In this document: piece after piece, positions 38,214 through 47,796 of the stretch | Layout: the number at the start of each line of letters is the position of its first letter | Position numbering within the stretch: position 1 is the stretch's first letter | NCBI RefSeq assembly: GCF_016703645.1 | Contig: NZ_JADJBR010000009.1 | DNA length: 64,000 nucleotides | Strand: one strand, 5' to 3' | DNA from: Zoogloea sp. | Lineage (GTDB): Bacteria; Pseudomonadota; Gammaproteobacteria; Burkholderiales; Rhodocyclaceae | Translations under genes and position numbers: made by a program | The notes under the pieces: generated by a model | Seen by the model: only the letters and a program-made list of their open reading frames with translations | Databases searched by the model: none | What the model was told of the DNA's origin: nothing

Positions 38214-39769
38214 ATGCACCCGCCCCAGAATGCCGCTCCGCCCCCCGCCGGGACCCGCCTGCCCGACCGCCTGCTGATCCTGTCGGTCTTCGTCGTGGCC
38301 TCCTGCGGCCTCGCCTACGAGCTGATCGCCGGCGCCCTGTCGAGTTACCTGCTGGGCGACTCGGTGCTGCAGTTCTCGTCCATCATCGGCTGCTACCTGT
38401 TCGCCATGGGGGTCGGCTCCCACCTTTCAAAGTATGTGGACGACCGGGACGTGCTGGCCCGCTTCATCGACATCGAACTGCTGGTGGGACTGATCGGTGG
38501 CGTGTCGGCCACCCTCCTGTTCCTGCTCTTCGCCTGGATGGCGGCCCCCTTCCGCACCGCCCTGTACGCACTGGTGTTCATCCTCGGGGTGCTGGTGGGC
38601 ATGGAGATTCCGCTGGTGATGCGCGTCCTGCACAAACGCCAGGCCAGCTTCAGCGAACTGGTGAGCCGGGTGCTGACCTTCGACTACCTGGGCGCCCTGG
38701 CGGTGTCCCTGCTGTTTCCTCTGGTGCTGGCGCCCAAGCTGGGCCTGTCCCGCACCGGCTTCCTGTTCGGCATGGCCAACGTGGCCGTGGCCCTGTGGAC
38801 GCTCTGGTACTACCGCCACGAAATCCCCCGCCTGCGCAGCCGCCTCACCCGCGGCGCCCTGGTGATGGCCTTCCTGGCCGGCGGCCTGGTGGCCTCGGAA
38901 AAGCTCACCCACTGGGCCGAGCGCGGCCTGTTCGGCGACGAGGTGATCTTCGCCACCACCACGCCCTACCAGCGCATCGCCGTGACCCGCTGGAAGGACG
39001 ACACCCGCCTCCACATCAACGGCAACCTGCAGTTCTCCAGCCGCGACGAGCACCGCTACCACGAAGCCCTGGTGCATCCGGCCCTGCAGACCCTGCCCTG
39101 GGCCCGCTCGGTGCTGGTGCTGGGCGGCGGCGATGGGTTGGCGGTGCGCGAAGTCCTGCGCCATGCCCAGGTGGAGCGCGTCACCCTGGTGGACCTGGAC
39201 CCGGCCATGACCGACCTGTTCACCCGCAACGAATACCTGTCCGGGCTCAACGGACAGGCCCTGTCCAACCCCCGGGTCACGGTCATCAACGCGGACGCCG
39301 GCCAGTGGCTGGAGACCCACAGCGAGGTCTTCGACCTGATCATCGCCGACTTCCCCGACCCCTCCAGTTTCGGCCTCGGCAAACTCTACTCCGTGCCCAT
39401 GTACCGCCTGATGGGCAAGCACCTGTCGGCGCGGGGCGTGCTGGTGGTCCAGTCCACCTCCCCGTGGTTCGCACCGCGCAGCTTCTGGTGCATCGACGCC
39501 ACCCTGCGCGAGGCCGGCTTCCACACTCACCCCTACCATGCCCACGTGCCCTCCTTCGGCGAGTGGGGCTTCAACCTCGCCACCCGGCAGCCGGGCTACA
39601 CGCCCCCCACCACCTACAGCGTGCCCACCCGCTACCTGGATGCGGAAACCACCCGGCTGATGTTCCGGTTCCCCCCGACATGCAGCGCCTGCCCGTCGAT
39701 CCCAATCACCTCAACGACCAGCGCCTGGTGCACTACTTCCAGCAGGACTGGAGCAACGTGGTGCGCTGA
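38214..39769 (+). CDS. speE: Membrane-bound polyamine aminopropyltransferase (spermidine synthase-like); 1-nt frameshift near the 3' end
   Basis: 7-TM N-terminus (CGLAYELI..DSVLQFS), DEHRYHEALVHP, VLGGGDGLA, IADFPDP; true C-terminus DMQRLPVDPNHLNDQRLVHYF follows the C-run at 39671-39676 in another frame. Confidence 0.85.
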
Positions 39770-39784
39770 TGAATCAGTCAAAAC

Positions 39785-39813
39785 TTGGACTTTTTCTTAA
39801 CATTGCCGATAAT
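39785..39813 (+). promoter_or_regulatory. Sigma70-type promoter candidate for the ATPase-RloB cassette
   Basis: TTGGAC-17 nt-GATAAT within an AT-rich patch. Confidence 0.55.
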
Positions 39814-39848
39814 CAACATAATTTTGTTTATTGCGGGCTTTAACGACC

Positions 39849-41030
39849 ATGCTTCACAGCTACACCTTCTCCAACTTCCAATCGTTTCGGCAGCAAACGG
39901 AGGTGTCCACCAAAGTCGGAGAGAAGGTGGTGGCCAGCGACTGGATCGCCACAAGCCCAACCGGCGACCGGGTCAATAAAGTAATGGCGGTGATGGGCGC
40001 CAATGGCAGCGGCAAGACCACCCTGCTGAAGCCCCTGGTCTTCGTGGACTGGTTCATCTGCCACTCCTTTGGCCTCGCTCCAGATGCTCCGATTCCCCTT
40101 ACCCCCCACTTTTCCGCCGAGGACGAACCCATCGAATTCTCGGTTACCGGCGATCTCGAAGGCCACGTGTGGCGCTATGTACTCCGCTGCACACCTCAAC
40201 GGGTCTTGCACGAAGCGCTTTACAAGAAGAAGGAGCGCTTCAACTATGTCTTTGTCCGGGATTGGGATGAGAGCCTGCAGAGCTACCTGATCAAACAGCA
40301 GGATTTCGGCTTCGCTTCGGGAGAGGCGCGCAAGGTCAGAGAGAACGCCTCGCTGATCTCCACTGCCGCGCAGTATGGCGTCCCCCTGGCCAAGCGCTTG
40401 GCTCAGCCAAAGGTTCACTCCAACATCACCGCACTCGGCCGGCAGCCTTTGTCGCAAGACTTGCTGCTCAACGCGGCGACCCACTTCAGCCAGCAGATTG
40501 CGCAGAGAAACCTGATGACCCGCCTTCTGCGGGACTGGGACCTGGGCCTCGACAACGTAGAGCTGGAAGAGATCGCGGTTCCCCAGCCGGATGGGTCCAG
40601 CCACAAGATCTGGTTACCTGTGGGTGTTCACCAAACCAGCGCGGGCCCCCGGAAACTGAACTTCCTGCTTGAATCGAGTGGCACCCAGGGGGCACTTGTG
40701 CTGCTCTCCCACCTTATACCCGCGTTGCATCAGGGTGGACTGGCGATCATCGACGAATTCGAGAACGACCTGCACCCCCACATGCTCGAGCCCATACTGG
40801 GCCTGTTTGCGAGCCCGGTGACGAACCCAGAGAACGCACGACTGCTATTCACTTGCCATTCTGCGGAAGTACTCAACCTGCTGCACAAATCCCAGATCCT
40901 GCTGGTTGAGAAGGACCAGAACTGCGAAAGCACGGCCTGGCGCCTGGATGACATAGAGGGCGTGCGCAACGACGACAATTTCTACGCCAAGTACATGGCC
41001 GGTGCATATGGTGCAGTGCCACGCCTATGA
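39849..41030 (+). CDS. ABC-type AAA ATPase (AAA_21/AbiLi-like)
   Basis: FSNFQSF, Walker A GANGSGKT, signature ESSGT, Walker B IIDEFENDLHP, H-loop FTCHS, YMAGAYGAVP. Confidence 0.85.
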   Translation: MLHSYTFSNFQSFRQQTEVSTKVGEKVVASDWIATSPTGDRVNKVMAVMGANGSGKTTLLKPLVFVDWFICHSFGLAPDAPIPLTPHFSAEDEPIEFSVTGDLEGHVWRYVLRCTPQRVLHEALYKKKERFNYVFVRDWDESLQSYLIKQQDFGFASGEARKVRENASLISTAAQYGVPLAKRLAQPKVHSNITALGRQPLSQDLLLNAATHFSQQIAQRNLMTRLLRDWDLGLDNVELEEIAVPQPDGSSHKIWLPVGVHQTSAGPRKLNFLLESSGTQGALVLLSHLIPALHQGGLAIIDEFENDLHPHMLEPILGLFASPVTNPENARLLFTCHSAEVLNLLHKSQILLVEKDQNCESTAWRLDDIEGVRNDDNFYAKYMAGAYGAVPRL

Positions 41031-41557
41031 ACGCCCGAAAACAGATGCCGCCAGGGCGGGTACTGCGCAAGACCTTGCTGATCGTCGGAGAGGGGGACGC
41101 AGAAGAAGCCTTTCTCAAACACCTGAAAGCCCTGTTCGTCGGCCGAACAGGCGGGATTGAGGTGAAAGTCGGCAATGCCCGTGGCAAAGGAGCAAGAAAT
41201 GTCATCAACCATGCCCGCAAGCAATGGGCCTCCATCGCCTATGATCAGGTCGCCGTGCTGCTCGATACGGATACGGACTGGTCGCCCGAGGTGGAGAAGC
41301 TCGCAAGAGATGCCGGCATCGTTGTGCTGGCGTGTACACCCTGCCTTGAAACCGAACTCCCCATTCTTGCGGGAAAACCCGGGCCGGAACGCACTCCGGA
41401 GGCAAAACGGAGCTTTCACAAGGCGTTCAACACCGATGCCCACAGACCGGCCCTTTACCCCGACGCCTTTCCGCTCGCCCTGCTGAAAGAGCACATGGCC
41501 GCAAGACCGGGCGGGCTCGTATCCCGCCTGATCCGGCTGATGACGCATACGGCTTGA
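41027..41557 (+). CDS. RloB-like (TOPRIM-fold, AbiLii-like) protein
   Basis: LLIVGEGDAEEAFL, AVLLDTD (DxD), CTPCLE; ATGA overlap with the ATPase. Confidence 0.75.
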   Translation: MNARKQMPPGRVLRKTLLIVGEGDAEEAFLKHLKALFVGRTGGIEVKVGNARGKGARNVINHARKQWASIAYDQVAVLLDTDTDWSPEVEKLARDAGIVVLACTPCLETELPILAGKPGPERTPEAKRSFHKAFNTDAHRPALYPDAFPLALLKEHMAARPGGLVSRLIRLMTHTA

Positions 41558-41569
41558 CAGCACGCGCCC

Positions 41570-43180
41570 ATGCGCCGCAGATCCTTTCTGGCCCTCGCTG
41601 GCATGGCCTTCAGCCCCTCCGGCTGCCGCCGCCTCGAACACTTGGGCATTCCACTAGCCGTGCACCAACCCGGCCTTGTCGAAGGCCATCGCCTGCGGGA
41701 TGGCACGCCCCTGCCTACCCCCACCCGCGAGCTGCGCACCGGCGTGGCCATCCTCGGCAGCGGCGTGGCCGGGCTCACCGCGGCATGGCGGCTCGCCCGG
41801 GACGGCCATGACGACTTCCTCCTTCTGGATGGCCCGGAGCCCGACGGGAATGCCGCGGGCGGGCGCTTCGACAGCCCCTCCGGCCCCCTGCTCCACCCCT
41901 GCGGCGCCCACTACCTGCCCCTGCCGTCGATGGAATCCCGGGGCGTGCGGGAGCTCCTTTTCGAACTCGGCGTGATCGAGGCCGAGCCCTTCTCCGAACA
42001 CCCGCGCTTCAGCGAAACGGCCCTGGTTCACGCCCCGGACGAGCGCCTGTTCTTCGATGGCGCCTGGCACGAGGGCTTGCTGCCCACCGAGCAGGTCAAG
42101 GCCGAGGACGCCGGGCAGCATCGACGCTTTCTCGCCGAGATGGCAGACCTGACCCGGCGCCGCGGCCGCGACGGACGGCGCCTGTTCTGCGTGCCCAAGG
42201 CGCTTTCATCCATGGATGCGGAATGGCGCCAGCTCGACGCCCTACCCTTTCGCGACTGGCTGGTGGCCCGGGGCTACAGCGCGCCCAGCCTGCACACCTG
42301 GCTCGACTACGTGTGCCGGGACGAATACGGTGCCGGCCCGGAGCACGTGTCGGCCTGGGCCGGCCTGCACTATTTCGCCGGCCGCGGCGGGCACGCGGCC
42401 AATGCCGCCGACGGCACGGTGCTGACCTGGCCCGAGGGTCTGGCCTTCCTGACCCGGGGCCTGCGCGTCCGGGTGCCCGTCGCCCGGCAGCAGGCCGGTC
42501 ATGCCCTGCGGGTGGATGAAACCCGGGAGGGCGTGCGCATTCTCTGCCAGGACGCCGCCGGCGCCTTCCTGGTCCACGCCCGCCGCGCCATCTGCGCCAT
42601 GCCCCTGCATGTGGCAGCGCGGGTCGTCCCGCATCTGCGCGACTACGGTTTCGACCCGGCCCGGCACCTGCCCGCCCAGGCGCCCTGGCTGGTGGCCAAC
42701 TTCCTGCTGGATGGTTTTCCCGCCGAACCGCCGGATGCCCCCCTGGCCTGGGACAACGTAATCCATGGCAGCCCGGGCCTGGGCTGGGTCGTTTCCACCC
42801 ACCAGTGGCTGCGGGCCGCCAAACCGGCCCATACGGTGTTCACCGCTTACCGCGCGCTGGCCGACCAGGCGCCCGCCGAAGCCCGGCGACAGCTACTGAC
42901 CCTGACCGGGGATGAACTCCTGGAGCTCGCCGCCGTCGATCTGAAACAGGCCTATGGCGCCTTTGAACTGTGGCGCCGGACCCGCGCCGTGCACATCACC
43001 GTGCGCGGCCACGGCATGGCCATCCCGGGCTGCGGCAGCCTAACCAACCCGGGGCTGACCGCCCTGCAGGCGGCCGACGGGCGATTGCTCTTCGCCCATG
43101 CCGACCTGTCCGGCTATTCGGTTTTCGAGGAAGCGAGCTGGTGGGGTGAGCGCGCCGCCAGGCTGGCCGCCAACAGCTAG
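41570..43180 (+). CDS. FAD-dependent amine oxidase-like protein (Tat-like signal)
   Basis: MRRRSFLAL, ILGSGVAGLTAAW, GAHYLPLP, WAGLHYFAGR, HADLSGYSVFEEA. Confidence 0.85.
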   Translation: MRRRSFLALAGMAFSPSGCRRLEHLGIPLAVHQPGLVEGHRLRDGTPLPTPTRELRTGVAILGSGVAGLTAAWRLARDGHDDFLLLDGPEPDGNAAGGRFDSPSGPLLHPCGAHYLPLPSMESRGVRELLFELGVIEAEPFSEHPRFSETALVHAPDERLFFDGAWHEGLLPTEQVKAEDAGQHRRFLAEMADLTRRRGRDGRRLFCVPKALSSMDAEWRQLDALPFRDWLVARGYSAPSLHTWLDYVCRDEYGAGPEHVSAWAGLHYFAGRGGHAANAADGTVLTWPEGLAFLTRGLRVRVPVARQQAGHALRVDETREGVRILCQDAAGAFLVHARRAICAMPLHVAARVVPHLRDYGFDPARHLPAQAPWLVANFLLDGFPAEPPDAPLAWDNVIHGSPGLGWVVSTHQWLRAAKPAHTVFTAYRALADQAPAEARRQLLTLTGDELLELAAVDLKQAYGAFELWRRTRAVHITVRGHGMAIPGCGSLTNPGLTALQAADGRLLFAHADLSGYSVFEEASWWGERAARLAANS

Positions 43181-43191
43181 GAGGAGTCGCC

Positions 43192-44064
43192 ATGCAGCCG
43201 TCCCCCGCCCACGTCCCGCCCCCGGCACGCCGGAAGCGGCCCTGGCTGATCGGCCTGCTGGCCGCCCCGGTGGTGATGTATGGGGTCGTCCTCGCCGGCA
43301 TCGGCCTGAAACAGGAAGACCTGCTCTTTCACCCGGAGCCCCTGCCCGCCGGCTTCAGCTTTGCCGGCCTCTACCCGCCGGAGCAGGATTTCGAAGAGCT
43401 GCGCATTCCGGTGGACGGCGCCGAACTCAATGCCTTGCTGTTCCGCCAGCCGGCCAGCCGCGGCCTGGTCTTCTACCTGCACGGCAATGCAGGCAACCTG
43501 GTGAGCTGGACCCGCAACATCGCCTTTTACCGGCAGCTCGGCTTCGATCTCTTCATGCTCGACTACCGGGGCTTCGGCAAGAGTACCGGCCGCATCGCCA
43601 GCGAGGCACAACTCCACGCCGACGTGCGTGCCGCCTGGGCGCGGGTGGCGCCAGCCTACGCGGGCAAGCCGGTGGTGATCCTGGGCCGCTCCCTGGGCAG
43701 CGGCCTGGCCACCCGCCTTGCCGCGGACGCGCCACCGGCCTTGCTGGTACTGGTAACGCCCTACACCAGTGTGGAACGCCTAGCCACCGAGCAGTTTCCG
43801 CTGGTCCCGGCAGCGCTGCTGAAATATCCCCTGCACACGGACCGACTGATCGGCGAAGTGAAAAGCCCGATCCTGATTGCCCACGGCGACGCGGACGAGT
43901 TGATTCCCTTTGATCACGCACGCCAACTGGCGGCTGCCAGCGGCGGGCGGGCAACGCTGCTGCGGGTGGACGGCGCACGCCATGGTGACATTCACCAGTT
44001 CCCGGCCTACCTGGCGGGGCTGTCGCAAAGAATGGAAGAGATCGCGAGCCGGCCGGCCAAGTAA
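43192..44064 (+). CDS. Alpha/beta hydrolase (Bem46/ABHD-like)
   Basis: YLHGNAGN, DYRGFGKS, nucleophile GRSLG, AHGDADE, GARH. Confidence 0.85.
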   Translation: MQPSPAHVPPPARRKRPWLIGLLAAPVVMYGVVLAGIGLKQEDLLFHPEPLPAGFSFAGLYPPEQDFEELRIPVDGAELNALLFRQPASRGLVFYLHGNAGNLVSWTRNIAFYRQLGFDLFMLDYRGFGKSTGRIASEAQLHADVRAAWARVAPAYAGKPVVILGRSLGSGLATRLAADAPPALLVLVTPYTSVERLATEQFPLVPAALLKYPLHTDRLIGEVKSPILIAHGDADELIPFDHARQLAAASGGRATLLRVDGARHGDIHQFPAYLAGLSQRMEEIASRPAK

Positions 44065-44072
44065 GCCGCGCG

Positions 44073-47057
44073 TCAGGCGCGGCTCCCGGCAGCGAGACTG
44101 GCGTCCGACGCGGCTTCGTCCGTCACAGTACCTGCAGGAAGTATGCGTGCGAGCCCGCTGACGATGACCTGAAGGTGCTCCTCGAGACTCTTCAGAAGCA
44201 GGCGGGCACGACTGTTGTCACCGGCATGGGCCGCCGCCTCCAGGCGCCCGGCCAGGGCCGACACCTCGTTCATCCCGAGCAAGCCCGCGCGGCCCTTGAG
44301 GGTATGGGCGCAGGAGGCCACCTGATCCCAGGCCCTGTCCTCCACGGCCGCCTTCAACTCCACCGGGCCATCGGCAAACTGCACGCGGAATTTCGTCAGA
44401 AGGCGCGGGTAAAGGGTCGGGCTGATGCCGGTATCGTTGACCGCACAACGCGCATCCAGGCCGGGAATCGCATCCAGGCCGGCCAGCACGGTGGCGCCCG
44501 CGGCGGCCACGGGCAGATCGGCAAGATCCGGGGCGCCAGGGTAATGCTGGCGCAGCACCTTGTAGAGGTCACTCAGCTCATAGGGCTTGTTGATGCAGCC
44601 ATTCATGCCGATGGCCAGGCAGCGCTCGAGCACGGCGCGGCCGCTGTGGGCCGAGAGGGCGTAGATGGGCAAACCGGCGTAGGCGGGCTGGGCACGCAAC
44701 TGACGCACGGCCTCGTAGCCATCCATGACCGGCATCTGCAGATCCATGAAGACCAGGGCGTAGTAATCAGGGGGCTGAGCGGCGAGCTGGCCGAGGGCAT
44801 CACGGCCATCCCCGGCCGTGTCCACCTCGACCCCCCAGCGACCCATCAAGGCGATGGCCACGTCGCGCCCCGTGGCGTTGTCCTCCACCAGCAGGACACG
44901 CATGCCGTCGAGGGCGCCGGTGACCACTCCGCTGCTGCCGGAGCTTGCCACCACGCGCCCCAGCACCGCATCGCAGAGGCGACGCAGGGCGCCAGGGAGC
45001 ACCGGCTTGTCGCAGAAATGCAGGCCGTCCGGATGGATCTCCGGCGTTTCACCCTCGATGGCCCGGGGCATCGACATGAGGGCGACATGGCGGGGTGACA
45101 GATCGGGCTGCTCACGCAGGCTATCCAGGATTTCTCCTCCGTCCCGGTCGGGAAGCGACCAGTCGAGGAAGAGCAGATCGTAGGGCAACCCATCGTTTCG
45201 GGCCGCCTCGAGGCACGCCAGCACTTCAGCACCACGGCTCACCGCATCCACGTCGTCGATGCCCGCGAAGTTGAGGAGATCAATCAGGGCCAGGCGAGCC
45301 TCGGGGTAGTCATCGGCCACCAGCACACGCAAGGCCCGGCAGGCCTCATCCACCCCACCCTCCCCACCCGCGCCGGCGCCGGCGCACGCCAGAGGCAGCA
45401 GCACCTGAAAAACGCTCCCGCGCTTGGGCACGCTCTGCACGCGGATGTCGCCCCCCATCAGGTTCACAAGCCGGCGCACGATGGCCAGACCAAGCCCCGT
45501 CCCCCCGTACTGCCGGGTGGTCGCACCATCCGCCTGCACGAAATCCTCGAAAAGACGTTCGATCTGATCCGGGCGCATGCCGATCCCGGTGTCCTCGACG
45601 ATCAGGCTGAGCATCAGCCGCCCGTCCTCCGCAGCCTGCCCATCCACCCGGAGCGACACATGCCCGGAGGGCGTAAATTTGACCGCGTTCGACAGCAGGT
45701 TACCCAGCACCTGGCCGATGCGCAGGGGGTCACCGACAAGGGTTTCGGACAGCAGGCTGCCACTGCCCCGCCGTGCCTCGAAAAGGAGCTCAACCCCCTT
45801 CTCCAGGGCCGCCCGCTCAACCAGCAGATAGGCGTTGGCGACCACTTCCTCAAGGCGGAAAGGAACGCTTTCGAGTTCCAGACGGCCTGCTTCGATCTTG
45901 GAAAAATCGAGGATATCGTTGACCGTATCGAGCAGACTGCGCCCGGCCATGCGGATCTTTTCGGCGTAGTCCCGCTGCCGCGGCAGCAACGGGCTATGGA
46001 GGATCACCTCGGCCATGCCGATCACGGCATTGAGCGGAGTGCGGATCTCGTGGCTCATGTTTGCGAGGAACATGGACTTGGCCTGGGTCGCCTGTTCGGC
46101 CTTGGCACTGGCCTCCTTGAGGGCGGACTCGATGCCCTCCCGCTCCTGGATATCATGCTCGATAGCCGTGGCCATGGAGTTGAAGGCATCCCGCAGCACC
46201 CGTACCTCCTCGACGCCACCGTTGCCTGCCAAGCGTACATCATACTGGCCACGGGCCAGCCGGCCAGTGGCCGACGACATGCTCTCAAGGGGGATGAGAA
46301 CCTGGCTCCGTGTGGTGCGCAGACCGAACAGCACCAGCAGGGCGCCGCCTGCCATGCCCGAAATGACCGCCATGATCCAGTTGCGCAGATGCCCGCGTGC
46401 CTCATCCACCTGGCGCCCCGTCCGCAGGTCCACCTGCTCCAGAAGCCGGGCCACCGCCACGGCGACGCGGGCATGCTGACGATCGTAATCGAGCCCATGG
46501 ACCAGGCTCACGGCCAGTTGGGGGTGGGGCTGCCCGTCGGAGACAAAGGTCCGCGTGAGGGGATCGTAGAGCCCCTGGGTCGCCGCAAAGGCCACCTGTT
46601 CGATCTGCTTGAGGGCATCCGCCTCGGCCAGCACCTCCTCCAGCGCGGCCAGCTCAGCCCCCTGAAACCCCAGGCGTACCATGCGCGAACGCATCGACAC
46701 TCGCGCCCCCTCGAGCGGTGGCTCAAATTCTGTCTCGCCGGCAATCACCCGATCCCAATATCGGACCGCGCTGCCGTTCGCGATGGCCGGCTTCTCACCC
46801 TCGCGAATCGCCAGGATCGCGTAGTAGTAGGTGAGATAGCGCGTCTCCCGGGTCACCACGTAGCTGCGCACGAGACGGGCCAGGATGTCCATCTCGTGAC
46901 GGAGCTCGCCCACGAGGCGCAATGCCTCAACCCGCTCATCCTGAACCGCCTGGGCCCGGTCAAAGGCATCCAGAACCAACAGGGAGATCGCCCCGTTGAT
47001 CGCAACCATGAGCAACAGGGCCACGGAGAAGATCAGGGATAGTTTGCTGAGTTTCAT
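44073..47057 (-). CDS. Hybrid sensor kinase (HAMP-HisKA-HATPase-REC-REC-Hpt)
   Basis: FLANMSHEIRTPLN, NLLSNAVKFT, DTGIG, GGTGLGL, two receiver domains, Hpt AHTLKG; start MKLSK at 47057. Confidence 0.9.
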   Translation of the reverse strand: MKLSKLSLIFSVALLLMVAINGAISLLVLDAFDRAQAVQDERVEALRLVGELRHEMDILARLVRSYVVTRETRYLTYYYAILAIREGEKPAIANGSAVRYWDRVIAGETEFEPPLEGARVSMRSRMVRLGFQGAELAALEEVLAEADALKQIEQVAFAATQGLYDPLTRTFVSDGQPHPQLAVSLVHGLDYDRQHARVAVAVARLLEQVDLRTGRQVDEARGHLRNWIMAVISGMAGGALLVLFGLRTTRSQVLIPLESMSSATGRLARGQYDVRLAGNGGVEEVRVLRDAFNSMATAIEHDIQEREGIESALKEASAKAEQATQAKSMFLANMSHEIRTPLNAVIGMAEVILHSPLLPRQRDYAEKIRMAGRSLLDTVNDILDFSKIEAGRLELESVPFRLEEVVANAYLLVERAALEKGVELLFEARRGSGSLLSETLVGDPLRIGQVLGNLLSNAVKFTPSGHVSLRVDGQAAEDGRLMLSLIVEDTGIGMRPDQIERLFEDFVQADGATTRQYGGTGLGLAIVRRLVNLMGGDIRVQSVPKRGSVFQVLLPLACAGAGAGGEGGVDEACRALRVLVADDYPEARLALIDLLNFAGIDDVDAVSRGAEVLACLEAARNDGLPYDLLFLDWSLPDRDGGEILDSLREQPDLSPRHVALMSMPRAIEGETPEIHPDGLHFCDKPVLPGALRRLCDAVLGRVVASSGSSGVVTGALDGMRVLLVEDNATGRDVAIALMGRWGVEVDTAGDGRDALGQLAAQPPDYYALVFMDLQMPVMDGYEAVRQLRAQPAYAGLPIYALSAHSGRAVLERCLAIGMNGCINKPYELSDLYKVLRQHYPGAPDLADLPVAAAGATVLAGLDAIPGLDARCAVNDTGISPTLYPRLLTKFRVQFADGPVELKAAVEDRAWDQVASCAHTLKGRAGLLGMNEVSALAGRLEAAAHAGDNSRARLLLKSLEEHLQVIVSGLARILPAGTVTDEAASDASLAAGSRA

Positions 47058-47088
47058 GGCCAGGCCACAGCTTACACGGACGGGACCT

Positions 47089-47736
47089 TCAGCTTGCGTG
47101 GCAGGCTTTACGGCGACGCACAGATTCACTAAGCAGATCAAGGACGCAATAGAAAGCCCCGGCCGCCAGGGGCGGATTGGCCACCGGCCAGCCCAGCCCC
47201 GGCAGGGCTGAACGCCAGGTCCAGTTACCCAGCCAGGTACCCCACAGCTCCATGGCGAGGGACAGCAGGAACATCGTGATGTAGAGACGCGGCGACGGCC
47301 CCCGCCATACACAGACCAGGAACACCGCCAGCAGGGCCGGCCCCGTCCAGTCGATGCCAGCCACGGCCAGGGCGCTGACGCCCGCCAGGGCCAGCCACGG
47401 CGTCAGGGCGATCACCCGTCCGGGCAGGCGCCCGGCCCACTGCAGGCCCAGCCAGTAAAGGAGCACATGCCCCGGCGGCACGAACAGGGGCAGGTTGCCG
47501 AGGCGATAGTCGTACAGCCCCCAAACCAGGGACAGCACCCCTTCACCTGCTGTTGCGATGAGCAGGCACGCCAACAGGCGCAGACGCAAAGCCGCAGCCT
47601 GGAACATCAGCACGCCGAAGAGCAGCCACACCCACAGGCTGACCAGTGGCTGCCCCCAGGCGCCGCCGTGGCGATCCACCACCAGCCCCACCAGGATGGT
47701 GAGAACAACGAGAGTGGGCTGGATGACGGGTTTCAC
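47089..47736 (-). CDS. Hypothetical membrane protein
   Basis: Multi-TM; GEGVLSLVWGLYDYRLGNLPLFVPPGH, MELWGTWLGNWTW. Confidence 0.7.
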   Translation of the reverse strand: MKPVIQPTLVVLTILVGLVVDRHGGAWGQPLVSLWVWLLFGVLMFQAAALRLRLLACLLIATAGEGVLSLVWGLYDYRLGNLPLFVPPGHVLLYWLGLQWAGRLPGRVIALTPWLALAGVSALAVAGIDWTGPALLAVFLVCVWRGPSPRLYITMFLLSLAMELWGTWLGNWTWRSALPGLGWPVANPPLAAGAFYCVLDLLSESVRRRKACHAS

Positions 47737-47796
47737 GGTGGCATGGGTGCCGCACCCAGGCGCGCGGCGGCCCCTGCAATGGGGCCGCCGCGGCGC

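Noticed and set aside
39769-39843. 24-aa ORF MNQSKLGL..CGL after the speE stop
   Set aside because: It overlaps the AT-rich promoter and has no coding signal; likely incidental or a relic start codon
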